A stretch of DNA of 32,000 nt from Cupriavidus necator (GTDB lineage Bacteria > Pseudomonadota > Gammaproteobacteria > Burkholderiales > Burkholderiaceae), in NCBI RefSeq assembly GCF_016127575.1, contig NZ_CP066019.1, positions 390,001 through 422,000 of the forward strand. Reading direction: 5' to 3'. Shown one piece after another: positions 8,024 to 15,829 of the stretch. The stretch's first letter is position 1; each line of letters starts with the position of its first letter. The position numbers and the translations under genes were made by a program. The notes below the pieces were generated by a model. It saw nothing but the letters and a program-made list of their open reading frames with translations. It was not told where the DNA came from and did no database searches.

Positions 8024-8764
8024 TTATTCTTTGTCCAGGACCGTGTCGCGCACTTCCAGCAAGGCGGCCACGTAGGCATCACGGTTCTTCTTGACCCGTT
8101 CGGTGGGGCCGGCCAGCGCCACGCCTGCCGGCGTGCCGGCCAGCCACCCGGTCGCGGCGAGCCCGTAGACGCCGTCGCTGCCTTCCTCGCGTGAGTCGTA
8201 CCAGCCGCGCTGCCGCATCTTCGCGATTTCGGCCATGAGCTTGTCGGGATCAACCACCGTGCGTTCGGTCAGGCGACGCATGCCCGACTTTGCCAGCATT
8301 GCCCGCGCCTCTTCCGGGGGCAGCAGGCCGAGCAATGCTTTCCCGGTCGCGGAGGCGTGGAGGGCGGCATGCGAGCCCACTTCGACGATGTAGCGCAGCG
8401 GTTCGCGGCTGGGCTGCACGGCCACCACCCGGACGTGCTGCCCCTCCAGTACGCTGAAGTAGGCGCTCTCGTTAGTCAGGGCCGCGAGCCGCTCGACGGC
8501 TTCGCGCGCCACGACACCGAGCGGATCGTTCTCCGCGATCTGCCTCACGATCTCCAGCAGGCGGCCGGTGGGGTAGAAGCGGCGGTTGCGCGCGGTGCGC
8601 GTGAGGTAGCCCAGCGAATGCAGGGTGTGGAGCAGGTCGGAGGTGCTGGTTTCGGGCAATTGCAGCAGCCGGGCCAGGTCCGAGTTGGACAATTCGCGCT
8701 TCTCACGCGCGAAGACTTCGAAGACCGCCATGGCGCGGGCGGCCGACGGGATCAGCGTGGGCAT
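8024..8764 (-). CDS. IclR-family transcriptional regulator (paralog 1)
   Basis: Track ORF of 246 aa. It has an N-terminal wHTH (AVFEVFAREKRELSNSDLARLLQLPETSTSDLLHTLHSLGYL) and a C-terminal IclR effector domain (GSHAALHASATGKALL). Confidence 0.9.
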   Translation of the reverse strand: MPTLIPSAARAMAVFEVFAREKRELSNSDLARLLQLPETSTSDLLHTLHSLGYLTRTARNRRFYPTGRLLEIVRQIAENDPLGVVAREAVERLAALTNESAYFSVLEGQHVRVVAVQPSREPLRYIVEVGSHAALHASATGKALLGLLPPEEARAMLAKSGMRRLTERTVVDPDKLMAEIAKMRQRGWYDSREEGSDGVYGLAATGWLAGTPAGVALAGPTERVKKNRDAYVAALLEVRDTVLDKE

Positions 8765-8855
8765 ATGGACAAGTGAGGGAGTGGCTCGAAAATTGGGGCA
8801 ACTATACGAGATTTCGGAGGCTATCGAAAGCCTGCCGTCCGGAGGCGCTTGCGCG

Positions 8856-9800
8856 GTGGCACATTGCGGCGTGCAGTCGTTCGCAAGCCCGGAAGATCAC
8901 CGGCTGGGACTCCCGGAACTCAACAAGCGATACCTGCAGACCGGCCCGGGGCGGTATGCCGGCCATCTTCAGCAGGTCAGGCCGGACGCCGATTTGCTGG
9001 TCTACCGGGAACGCCTTGACGTCCCGATCCTCAGGGAGGGCTGGACGAGGAAGGGCTTGCGCATGTTCGCCATTGCGCTGCCGGTGGAGAGCCGCGCCAC
9101 GTTCCATGGGCGTGCGGTCGGCGCCGCCGTCGCCCACCTCGCCGGTGGCCGTGAGTACTCGGTCCAGTCTCCCGGACCGAGCGAACACCTCGGGATCGTA
9201 CTCGCGGACAGCACATTCTCTATCCATGCCGACTACCTCGGCGGCGTTCCCCGTCTCGCCTGGACCGGCGAGCCGCTGCTGGAAGCTCCTGCCGCCGCCC
9301 GGGAGCGTCTTGCCTCGCGCATCCTGTGCTGCCTGCTCGGCGCGACGAAAAACGTGAGCGCCCTGGTTTGCCCGGCGGCGCGCATGACCCTGCGCGACGA
9401 TGTGCTCGAACACCTGTTCTGCCTGCTGATCGACGCGGAGCTGCCGGGCCGGCGCCGCGACATTACCCGGCTGACCTACAGCGATATCGTCCACCGGAGC
9501 CGGGAGCATCTGCGGGCGAATGCGGACCGGCCGGTCGGGGTGCTCGAACTGTCCGGGCTGTTGCGGGTGAGCCGGCGCACGATCCAGACGGCCTTCATGG
9601 AGGTGACCGGCGTCACGCCGCAAACCTATTTGCGGGCGATACGGCTGTCGTCGGTGCGCCGGTTGCTGCGGCAAACCAGTGCCGATCGGCTGACCGTCAG
9701 CCAGGCGGCAGCCCGCTGGGGTTTTGTCCACATGAGCCGGTTCGCCGCCGAGTATGGCCGGATGTTCGGGTGCCTGCCGTCGGAAGCCCCGCGCGCGTAG
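8856..9800 (+). CDS. AraC/XylS-family transcriptional regulator
   Basis: The C-terminal double HTH is LSGLLRVSRRTIQTAFMEVTGVTPQTYLRAIRLSSVRRLL...VSQAAARWGFVHMSRFAAEYGRMFGCLPSE. The start is set at in-frame GTG 8856, 10 nt after GGAGG (8841-8845). The track start at 8625 would overlap the divergent IclR gene. The start is uncertain; GTG 8871 is also possible. Confidence 0.75.
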   Translation: MAHCGVQSFASPEDHRLGLPELNKRYLQTGPGRYAGHLQQVRPDADLLVYRERLDVPILREGWTRKGLRMFAIALPVESRATFHGRAVGAAVAHLAGGREYSVQSPGPSEHLGIVLADSTFSIHADYLGGVPRLAWTGEPLLEAPAAARERLASRILCCLLGATKNVSALVCPAARMTLRDDVLEHLFCLLIDAELPGRRRDITRLTYSDIVHRSREHLRANADRPVGVLELSGLLRVSRRTIQTAFMEVTGVTPQTYLRAIRLSSVRRLLRQTSADRLTVSQAAARWGFVHMSRFAAEYGRMFGCLPSEAPRA

Positions 9801-9888
9801 GCGTTGGCGCTGTCCCCGGATGCGCGCGGGCGCGGCGAAAAAGAGGGTGGCGCGCCGCATCCCGTGCAGCGGCGCCGGCTCTCTCTGC

Positions 9889-10665
9889 TCAGAGGACGTT
9901 GCGCGGATCCTGCTCGAGTACAAGCGTCCAGATCTTCTGTCCGACCGGTGCCTGCCGTTCTTCCAGGATGTGCGCAAGCAGGCCGGCCGAGCGGCCGACC
10001 AAGGCGAGGCCGCGCGCCATGACCGGGTCCAGTCCCATGTCGGCGACGATGGAGCCAATGGCACCCACCGCATTGAGGGGCAGCTTCTTGCCGAACTCCT
10101 TGTCGAAGACGTCGGCGATCGCCTCCATCACGCGCCAGTGCACGCCGTAGCAGCCGTTGGCGACCGACAGCGCACGCAAGGTGGGCACGCGCGGGTCGCC
10201 GTCGACGTGGATGGGGTGGCCGACCCCGTAGATGGCACGCCGTTCCTGCTTGTGCCGCCGGATGACCGCGCGCGCCACGTCGCGGACCTGACCATCGTCC
10301 GCGTCCTGGTCCAGGTCGCGCGCGGCCTCCAGCAGCATTTCGGCCGAGTTCTGCATCGTGCCGAGCAGCACGCTTCCCGCGCCGAGCAGGCCGGCCGCGA
10401 CGGCCGCGACGGCCGCCTGCATGGCCTCGGGGGCTCCCGTGTAGGTCATGCGGGTCGAGACCGAGCTTGGCGTCAGGCCATGATCGGCGGCGGTCACGAG
10501 CAGCGCGTTGACCATGGTCTTCTCCTGTGGGCTCGGCGACCGTGCGAGCGTGAGGAGGAAGATCATGTCGACGAAGTCGAACTTGCCGATGATCTCCGTG
10601 GAGAGGTTGAGGTTGCGTACGACAATGGTGTCGCGCGTGGTGTAGCCGATGTCGGTCGTTATCAT
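9889..10665 (-). CDS. short citrate-synthase-fold protein (citryl-CoA lyase-like), 258 aa
   Basis: The sequence includes LLVTAADHGLTPSS, ...IYGVGHPIHVDGDPRVPTL... and ...GRSAGLLAHILEE. These match the catalytic C-terminal part of citrate synthase / ATP-citrate-lyase-type enzymes. GGAAAGGAAG lies upstream of the ATG. Confidence 0.75.
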   Translation of the reverse strand: MITTDIGYTTRDTIVVRNLNLSTEIIGKFDFVDMIFLLTLARSPSPQEKTMVNALLVTAADHGLTPSSVSTRMTYTGAPEAMQAAVAAVAAGLLGAGSVLLGTMQNSAEMLLEAARDLDQDADDGQVRDVARAVIRRHKQERRAIYGVGHPIHVDGDPRVPTLRALSVANGCYGVHWRVMEAIADVFDKEFGKKLPLNAVGAIGSIVADMGLDPVMARGLALVGRSAGLLAHILEERQAPVGQKIWTLVLEQDPRNVL

Positions 10666-10728
10666 GGGATGGGCTTCCTTTCCGGATAAAGGGTGGTGTG
10701 GCAGAAACGGTGGCGTTCTGGCCGATGC

Positions 10729-11238
10729 TCATGACCCCGGGTGAGAGGTGCGGCGGCGTCGCATCAGATAGGTGGTTTCCATTTCGGCGCATACTTCGCC
10801 GCGCTGGTTGACGGCCTTGCGCAGGAAACCGGTCAGGCCACGCTCCGGCTTGCTTGTGGGCCTCTGCTCGACGACTTCGACCTCGACGCGGATGGTGTCG
10901 CCGATATGGGTGGCGCGCGGGAAACGGATGCGGTTCTCGAGCACGCCAAACAGCGCGTCTTCCATGAGCTGGTTCGGGATAGCCCGCGAGGTCAGTCCGG
11001 CCATGAACGAGGCGACCAGCATGCCGTGGGCGATGCGCTGGCCGTGCACCGAAGTGCCGGCGTATTCGGCGTCGACGTGCAGGCGGTTCATGTCGCCGGT
11101 CAGCGCGGCGAATGCGGCGACGTCGGCTTCGGTGATGGTGCGCGAGGACGTCGTGTACTTCGTTCCGACCGTCAGGTCGTCCCAGCAGAGGCTGAGGCGC
11201 TGGAGTGATTCGAAGGTGAGCAGGGGCTGAGTCGTCAT
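10729..11238 (-). CDS. MaoC-like (R)-specific enoyl-CoA hydratase/dehydratase (hot-dog fold)
   Basis: Track ORF of 169 aa containing ITEADVAAFAALTGDMNRLHVDAEYAGTSVHGQRIAHGMLVASF. GGAGAA lies 5 nt before the ATG. Confidence 0.85.
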   Translation of the reverse strand: MTTQPLLTFESLQRLSLCWDDLTVGTKYTTSSRTITEADVAAFAALTGDMNRLHVDAEYAGTSVHGQRIAHGMLVASFMAGLTSRAIPNQLMEDALFGVLENRIRFPRATHIGDTIRVEVEVVEQRPTSKPERGLTGFLRKAVNQRGEVCAEMETTYLMRRRRTSHPGS

Positions 11239-11283
11239 CGCGGTTCTCCGAGGTTCAGTGGTTGAAAGCCGTTGCAGGTGCGC

Positions 11284-12032
11284 TCAGCCATATCGGCCCC
11301 CGGTGACGAACAGCGTGGTCCCCGTGATGTAGCGGGCATGCTCGGATGCCATGAACGCTACGGCCGCAGCGATGTCGCCGGGCTGGCCGACGCCGGGCAC
11401 CTGGATGCGCGCCACCGCGTTCTGCAGCACGGTCTCGTAGTTGGGCAGGCTCTTGATGCAGTCGGTTTCGATGAAGCCGGGTGCGATCGCATTCACGGTG
11501 ATGCCATGCCTGGCCTGTTCCTGCGAGAGCGCCCGGGTGAAGCCGACGAGGCCCGCCTTGGCGCTCGAATAGTTGGTCTGTCCGGGGTTGCCGAACAGCG
11601 GCGCGAGGCGATGTTCACGATGCGTCCCCAGCCGTTCTCCTGCATCGGCGGCAGCGCCGCGCGGCAGCAGTGGAAGGCGCCCTTGAGGACGACGTCGATC
11701 ACGATGTCCCAGTCGCTCTCGTCCATCTTCAGCAGGGTGCGGTCTTTCACGAGACCGGCATTGTTCACAAGTACGTCGAGACGGCCGAACGCTTCACGGG
11801 CTGCGCCGGTCATCTGGCGCACCTGTTCCGCGTCCCGCACGTCGCAGCGCAAGCCCATCGCGCGCGCGCCGCCGGCTTCGATCGATGCCGCGAGTCCGGC
11901 GGCGGCGTCGGCATCGAGGTCGGCGATGACCACGGCCATCCCCTCGGCGGCGAGCATGCGCGCCGTCTCGGCGCCGATGCCGCGCGCCGACCCGGTCACG
12001 ATGGCGACACGGTCCTTCAATCCCAGATCCAT
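11284..12032 (-). pseudogene. SDR-family oxidoreductase (FabG-like) interrupted by a frameshift near 11600-11610
   Basis: ATG is the complement of 12030-12032, after AAGGAG. The frame reads MDLGLKDRVAIVTGSARGIG...NNAGL...GRIVNIAS and then goes out of frame (track ORF 11493-12056 ends in nonsense). The family resumes in another frame as (A)PLFGNPGQTNYSSAKAGLVGFTRALSQEQARHGITVNAIAPGFIETD...TGGRYG (track ORF 11284-11496). The span is 749 nt, not a multiple of 3. Confidence 0.8.
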
Positions 12033-12071
12033 TGAATCTCCTTCCGTTGTAGTCAATGCGTGGTTAATCCA

Positions 12072-12887
12072 TTAGCTCAGTGTCTTGCGCCGTTCCCGCG
12101 GCCGTGGCGCAGCGCGATCCGGCCGCGATGCTTTCGGCGCGGGGAATGGTTCGTGCGTGAGCAGTACGTCGCGCACTTCGAGCAGCACGGCCAGGTAGGC
12201 GTCGTGGTTCTCTTCCATGCGTTCGGTAGGTCCCGCCACCGACAGGCCGACGACGCGGCCGCTCAGACAGCCCGAGACCGCGAGGGCGCACACACCCACC
12301 CCGCTTTCACCGCGGGTCTGGTACCAGCCGCGCTCGCGGCCCAGGTCGATATTGGCGACGACGGCGTCGACGGTGTCGAGCGTTCTCGGCGTGACCCGCT
12401 TGAGATTCAACTGGCTGACGTCGGCCAGCATGTCTTCGCGCGGCATGAACCCGAGCAAGGCCTTGCCAAAAGCGGATGAATGGAGGCCGTAGCGCTCTCC
12501 CACTTCGGCCGTGTAGCGCAGTGCATGCCGGCTCGGCACCGTGGCGACGATCCTGGCGACCGAGCGTTCGCGGATGCCGAGATAGGTGGTTTCGCCGGTC
12601 TTTCGCGCAACTTCCTCGACGGTTTCCTGCGCGGCTGCCGTGAGCGGATCGTTCGAACTGATCTGGCGTGCCGCCTCGAACAGGCGGCCAGTGGGATAGA
12701 AGCGCCGCGTCAGCGGCGTGCGCATCAGGTAGCCCAGCATGTGCAGTGTGTGCAGGAGGTCCGAACTGCTGCTCTCCGGTACCGACAGTAGGCGGGCCAT
12801 GTCCGAGTTGGACAGCTCGCGCCGTTCTTTCGCGAAGAGTTCGAAGACGGCCATGGTGCGCTGGACGACGGGACTGAGGAAGGGCAT
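12072..12887 (-). CDS. IclR-family transcriptional regulator (paralog 2) with a Pro/Arg-rich C-terminal tail
   Basis: Track ORF of 271 aa, by eye roughly half identical to the 8024-8764 protein (MAVFELFAKERRELSNSDMARLLSVPESSSSDLLHTLHMLGYL...AGPTERMEENHDAYLAVLLEVRD). About 27 extra residues (EPFPAPKASRPDRAAPRPRERRKTLS) lie beyond the paralog's end point. Confidence 0.9.
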   Translation of the reverse strand: MPFLSPVVQRTMAVFELFAKERRELSNSDMARLLSVPESSSSDLLHTLHMLGYLMRTPLTRRFYPTGRLFEAARQISSNDPLTAAAQETVEEVARKTGETTYLGIRERSVARIVATVPSRHALRYTAEVGERYGLHSSAFGKALLGFMPREDMLADVSQLNLKRVTPRTLDTVDAVVANIDLGRERGWYQTRGESGVGVCALAVSGCLSGRVVGLSVAGPTERMEENHDAYLAVLLEVRDVLLTHEPFPAPKASRPDRAAPRPRERRKTLS

Positions 12888-12935
12888 TTGCGATGTCCGA
12901 AAAAATCCCGATGGCTGGAAAATTCTTGAAGACGA

Positions 12936-12979
12936 ATTGCTACGGTATGTCGTAGTATTGCTCTACAACTCGTAGCAAT
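12936..12979. promoter_or_regulatory. nested inverted repeats in the divergent IclR-2 / Bug intergenic region (candidate IclR operator)
   Basis: ATTGCTACG (12936-12944) and CGTAGCAAT (12971-12979) are exact reverse complements. Between them, CGTAGTATTGCTCTAC (12951-12966) repeats both half-sites imperfectly. Confidence 0.4.
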
Positions 12980-13058
12980 GCAACTGGGAAATTTCGCCGG
13001 CCTGTCGGGCTGGCGACGCCGCGAAGCCACACCAACACACCCAAAGGAGACTCTTCGC

Positions 13059-14063
13059 ATGGAACTTCGGACCATCACGCGCACGCTGGCGCCACGCCTT
13101 CGCCGGATCGGCGCGACCTGTGTGGCGGCAGCGGTGGCTGCGAGCGATGCGCTCGCGCAGCCCGCTTATCCCGCCAGGCCAGTCACGATCGTCTCCGTCG
13201 GACCGGCCGGCGGGGTCACGGATCAGGCCGCGCGGCTGATCGCCACCAAGGTCGGTGCGCGCCTTGGGCAAACCGTGATCGTCGATGACCGAGGCGGCGC
13301 GGGCGGAAATATCGGCGCGGAGTACGCCTCGAAAGCAGCGCCGGACGGCTACACGCTGATGGTCGGCACGCAGGGCACCCAGTCGACCAACCAGTTCCTC
13401 TTCAAATCGTTGCGCTTCAATCCCGAGAAAGATTTCGTGCCGGTGCACGGGATCATTTCGCTGCCCAACGTGCTGGTGGTCAATGCCAGTCGTCCATATC
13501 GGTCGGTGGGTGAATTTGTCGCCTATGCCAGGACGCATCCCGGCAAGGTGACGGCGGCATCCGGAGGCAACGGGACCGGAATGCACCTTGCCATCGAGCA
13601 GTTCCGGAGCGTGGCCGGCGTAGACCTGGTGCATGTGCCGTACAAGGGCAGTCCGCCCGCGATCACCGATCTCGTAAGCGGGCAGGTGGACCTGTGCTTC
13701 GACTATCCGGCGACCACCGTCGGCCACATCCGGAGCGGCAAGCTGCGCGCGCTCGCCGTGCTGGGGCCGAACCGGCTGCCGCAGTTGCCGCAGGTTCCCA
13801 CGATTGCCGAGGCCGGATTCCCGCGCGCCGAATCCACCGACTGGATCGGCCTGTTCGCGGTGGCCGGGACGCCGCAGCCGATTGTCGACCGGTGGACCAG
13901 GGAGGTGGCGCTCGTCCTGCAGGGGCCTGATGTCATCGCGTCCTTCGAGCGCATGGGCGGCGTGCCGCTGCCGCTGGGCGGCGAGCAGTTCGGCAGCTTC
14001 ATCGTCTCCGAGCGGGTCAAATGGAAGGCGGTGATCGAACGCACCGGCGCACGGATCGAATAA
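13059..14063 (+). CDS. Bug/TctC-family tripartite tricarboxylate transporter substrate-binding protein (periplasmic)
   Basis: ATG 13059 lies 8 nt after AAAGGAGA. The signal peptide ends ...AASDALAQ. Family motifs present are YPARPVTIV, GGAGGNIGAEYASKAAPDGYTL, FNPEKDFVPV and VPYKGSPPAITDLVSGQVD. Confidence 0.9.
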   Translation: MELRTITRTLAPRLRRIGATCVAAAVAASDALAQPAYPARPVTIVSVGPAGGVTDQAARLIATKVGARLGQTVIVDDRGGAGGNIGAEYASKAAPDGYTLMVGTQGTQSTNQFLFKSLRFNPEKDFVPVHGIISLPNVLVVNASRPYRSVGEFVAYARTHPGKVTAASGGNGTGMHLAIEQFRSVAGVDLVHVPYKGSPPAITDLVSGQVDLCFDYPATTVGHIRSGKLRALAVLGPNRLPQLPQVPTIAEAGFPRAESTDWIGLFAVAGTPQPIVDRWTREVALVLQGPDVIASFERMGGVPLPLGGEQFGSFIVSERVKWKAVIERTGARIE

Positions 14064-14086
14064 CGCATCACCACGAGGAGATCACC

Positions 14087-14890
14087 ATGTACGAAGCTAT
14101 CCAGTACGAGAACGAAGATGGCGTGGGCGTGCTCACGCTGGAGCGCCCGCAAACCAAGAATGCCGTGGACGCCGTCATGCGCCGCGAACTGCCACAGTTG
14201 ATGGGCGCCCTGAACACCGACCGCACGCTCAAGGTACTCATCGTCACTGGCGCCGGCGGCAATTTCTGTTCGGGTGGCGACCTGCGCGCGGTGCGCGACA
14301 GCGCGGGCAGCGAAGGCTCGGCGGAGGGGCGCCGCCAGCGCATCCTGGACGGGCAGGCTACCCCCGGCGCGTTCCTGAATTTCGACCGCCCTGTCATCGC
14401 GGTGGTGGAGGGCGTTGCCTATGGGGCTGGCTGCTCGCTGGCACTGACCGCTGACATGGTCCTCGCCGCGCGCGACGCGCGCTTTTGCCTGTCGTTCGGC
14501 AGGATCGGCGCGGTGCCGGACTACGGCGCCTTCTATACGCTGCCGCGCATCGTCGGATTGCAACGGGCGAAGGAACTCGTTTTCTCCGCGCGCGAATTCG
14601 GGGCGGCCGAGGCACGCGATCTCGGCATCGTGATGGAGGTGCACGAGCCCGGTACCGTGCTCGACCGGGCGCGGGAGATTGCCCGCAGCATGGCGCAAGC
14701 GTCGCCCCTCGCGCTCAGCGTATCCAAGCGCGCGTTGAATACCTCTCTCCATTCCGATCTGCCGACCATGCTGATGCACGAAGCAGACGGGCAGGGTATT
14801 GCGATGAGCACCGACTATCACCTGACGGCAGTCAGGCGATTCCTGGACAAGGAGCCGCCGCTGTTCTCGTGGCCGCGCCGGCGCGACTGA
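14087..14890 (+). CDS. enoyl-CoA hydratase/isomerase (crotonase) family protein 1
   Basis: ATG 14087 lies 6 nt after GAGGAG. The sequence includes GVGVLTLERPQTKNAVD, ...VLIVTGAGGNFCSGGDL... and ...VIAVVEGVAYGAGCSLAL. Confidence 0.9.
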   Translation: MYEAIQYENEDGVGVLTLERPQTKNAVDAVMRRELPQLMGALNTDRTLKVLIVTGAGGNFCSGGDLRAVRDSAGSEGSAEGRRQRILDGQATPGAFLNFDRPVIAVVEGVAYGAGCSLALTADMVLAARDARFCLSFGRIGAVPDYGAFYTLPRIVGLQRAKELVFSAREFGAAEARDLGIVMEVHEPGTVLDRAREIARSMAQASPLALSVSKRALNTSLHSDLPTMLMHEADGQGIAMSTDYHLTAVRRFLDKEPPLFSWPRRRD

Positions 14891-14924
14891 ACCTCGACCA
14901 GCCAATCCACAACCAGGAGGAAAC

Positions 14925-15701
14925 ATGAACGACTGGACCCAGTTGAAGTTGTCCGTGGATCGCCACATCGCGGTCGTTACGATGGATGCGCCGCCCGTCA
15001 ATGCGCTGACGCGCGGGCTCAACGACGAGCTCGTTGCCGTGCTCGACCAGCTTTCCGACACACCCGAGGTACGCGTCATTGTCCTGACAGGCGCAGGCAA
15101 GGTGTTCTGCGCCGGCGCGGACATCAAGGGCCGTGGCGCGCTGGTCGATGGCCCCGGCGCCCTGCGCGCCCATTCGCGCCGCACACGGGAGTGCTTCCAT
15201 GCGATCCGTGAATGTGCCAAGCCCGTGGTGGCGGCGCTCAATGGCCCCGCGCTGGGCGCGGGACTGGCCATTGCCGCTTCCGCAGACATCCTCGTGGCCA
15301 GCGAGCAGGCCAGCGCGGGTTTGCCGGAAATCGACGTCGGGGCGCTTGGCGGCGGCCGGCATGCCATGCGCCTGTTCGGGCATTCGCGCGTGCGCCGCAT
15401 GATGCTGACCGGCTATCGCGTTCCCGCGCCCGAGCTGTATCGCCTCGGCATCGTCGAAGCGTGCGTGGCGCCCGATGCACTGATGCCGGCAGCGCTGGAG
15501 CTGGCGGAACAGGTCGCCTCCAAGAGTCCGGTGGTGTCCCAGCTTGCCAAGCACACCCTCAATACGATCGAGCACATGGGCTTGCGCGACGGCTATCGCT
15601 ACGAACAGGACCAGACCGCCATCCTCTCGAAGACGGAAGACTGCAGGGAGGCACAGGCGGCATTCCGCGAGAAGCGGGCGCCGGTCTTCGTCGGCCGCTG
15701 A
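14925..15701 (+). CDS. enoyl-CoA hydratase/isomerase (crotonase) family protein 2
   Basis: Track ORF of 258 aa with AGGAGG upstream. The sequence includes IAVVTMDAPPVNAL, ...VIVLTGAGKVFCAGADI... and ...VVAALNGPALGAGLAIA. Confidence 0.9.
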   Translation: MNDWTQLKLSVDRHIAVVTMDAPPVNALTRGLNDELVAVLDQLSDTPEVRVIVLTGAGKVFCAGADIKGRGALVDGPGALRAHSRRTRECFHAIRECAKPVVAALNGPALGAGLAIAASADILVASEQASAGLPEIDVGALGGGRHAMRLFGHSRVRRMMLTGYRVPAPELYRLGIVEACVAPDALMPAALELAEQVASKSPVVSQLAKHTLNTIEHMGLRDGYRYEQDQTAILSKTEDCREAQAAFREKRAPVFVGR

Positions 15702-15829
15702 GGGTGCTTCGGGCACGGCCGTGTAACAACTTCCCGCCTGCGTGTTGCCGATTCTGTCAAATGCGGGCAGGTGCCCGCCCATATAGTGATGACGCACAGG
15801 TCCCCGCCTGGAACCAACGAGGAATACGC

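Noticed and set aside
5218-8253. 1011-aa ORF on the minus strand
   Set aside because: It is entirely antisense to the well-supported GMC/sulfatase ORF and part of IclR-1. The translation is Arg/Ala/Gly/Pro-rich with no motifs, which is the usual shadow ORF of a ~70% GC coding region.
8625-8855. N-terminal extension of the AraC-1 ORF
   Set aside because: It would overlap the divergently transcribed IclR-1 coding sequence by about 140 nt. A GGAGG-preceded in-frame GTG at 8856 gives a normal-length AraC protein.
9800-9889. GGATGCG...CGCATCC inverted repeat between the convergent AraC-1 and citryl-CoA-lyase-like genes, considered as a terminator
   Set aside because: The arms are interrupted, the loop is about 24 nt and there is no T-run. 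The evidence is not good enough to call.
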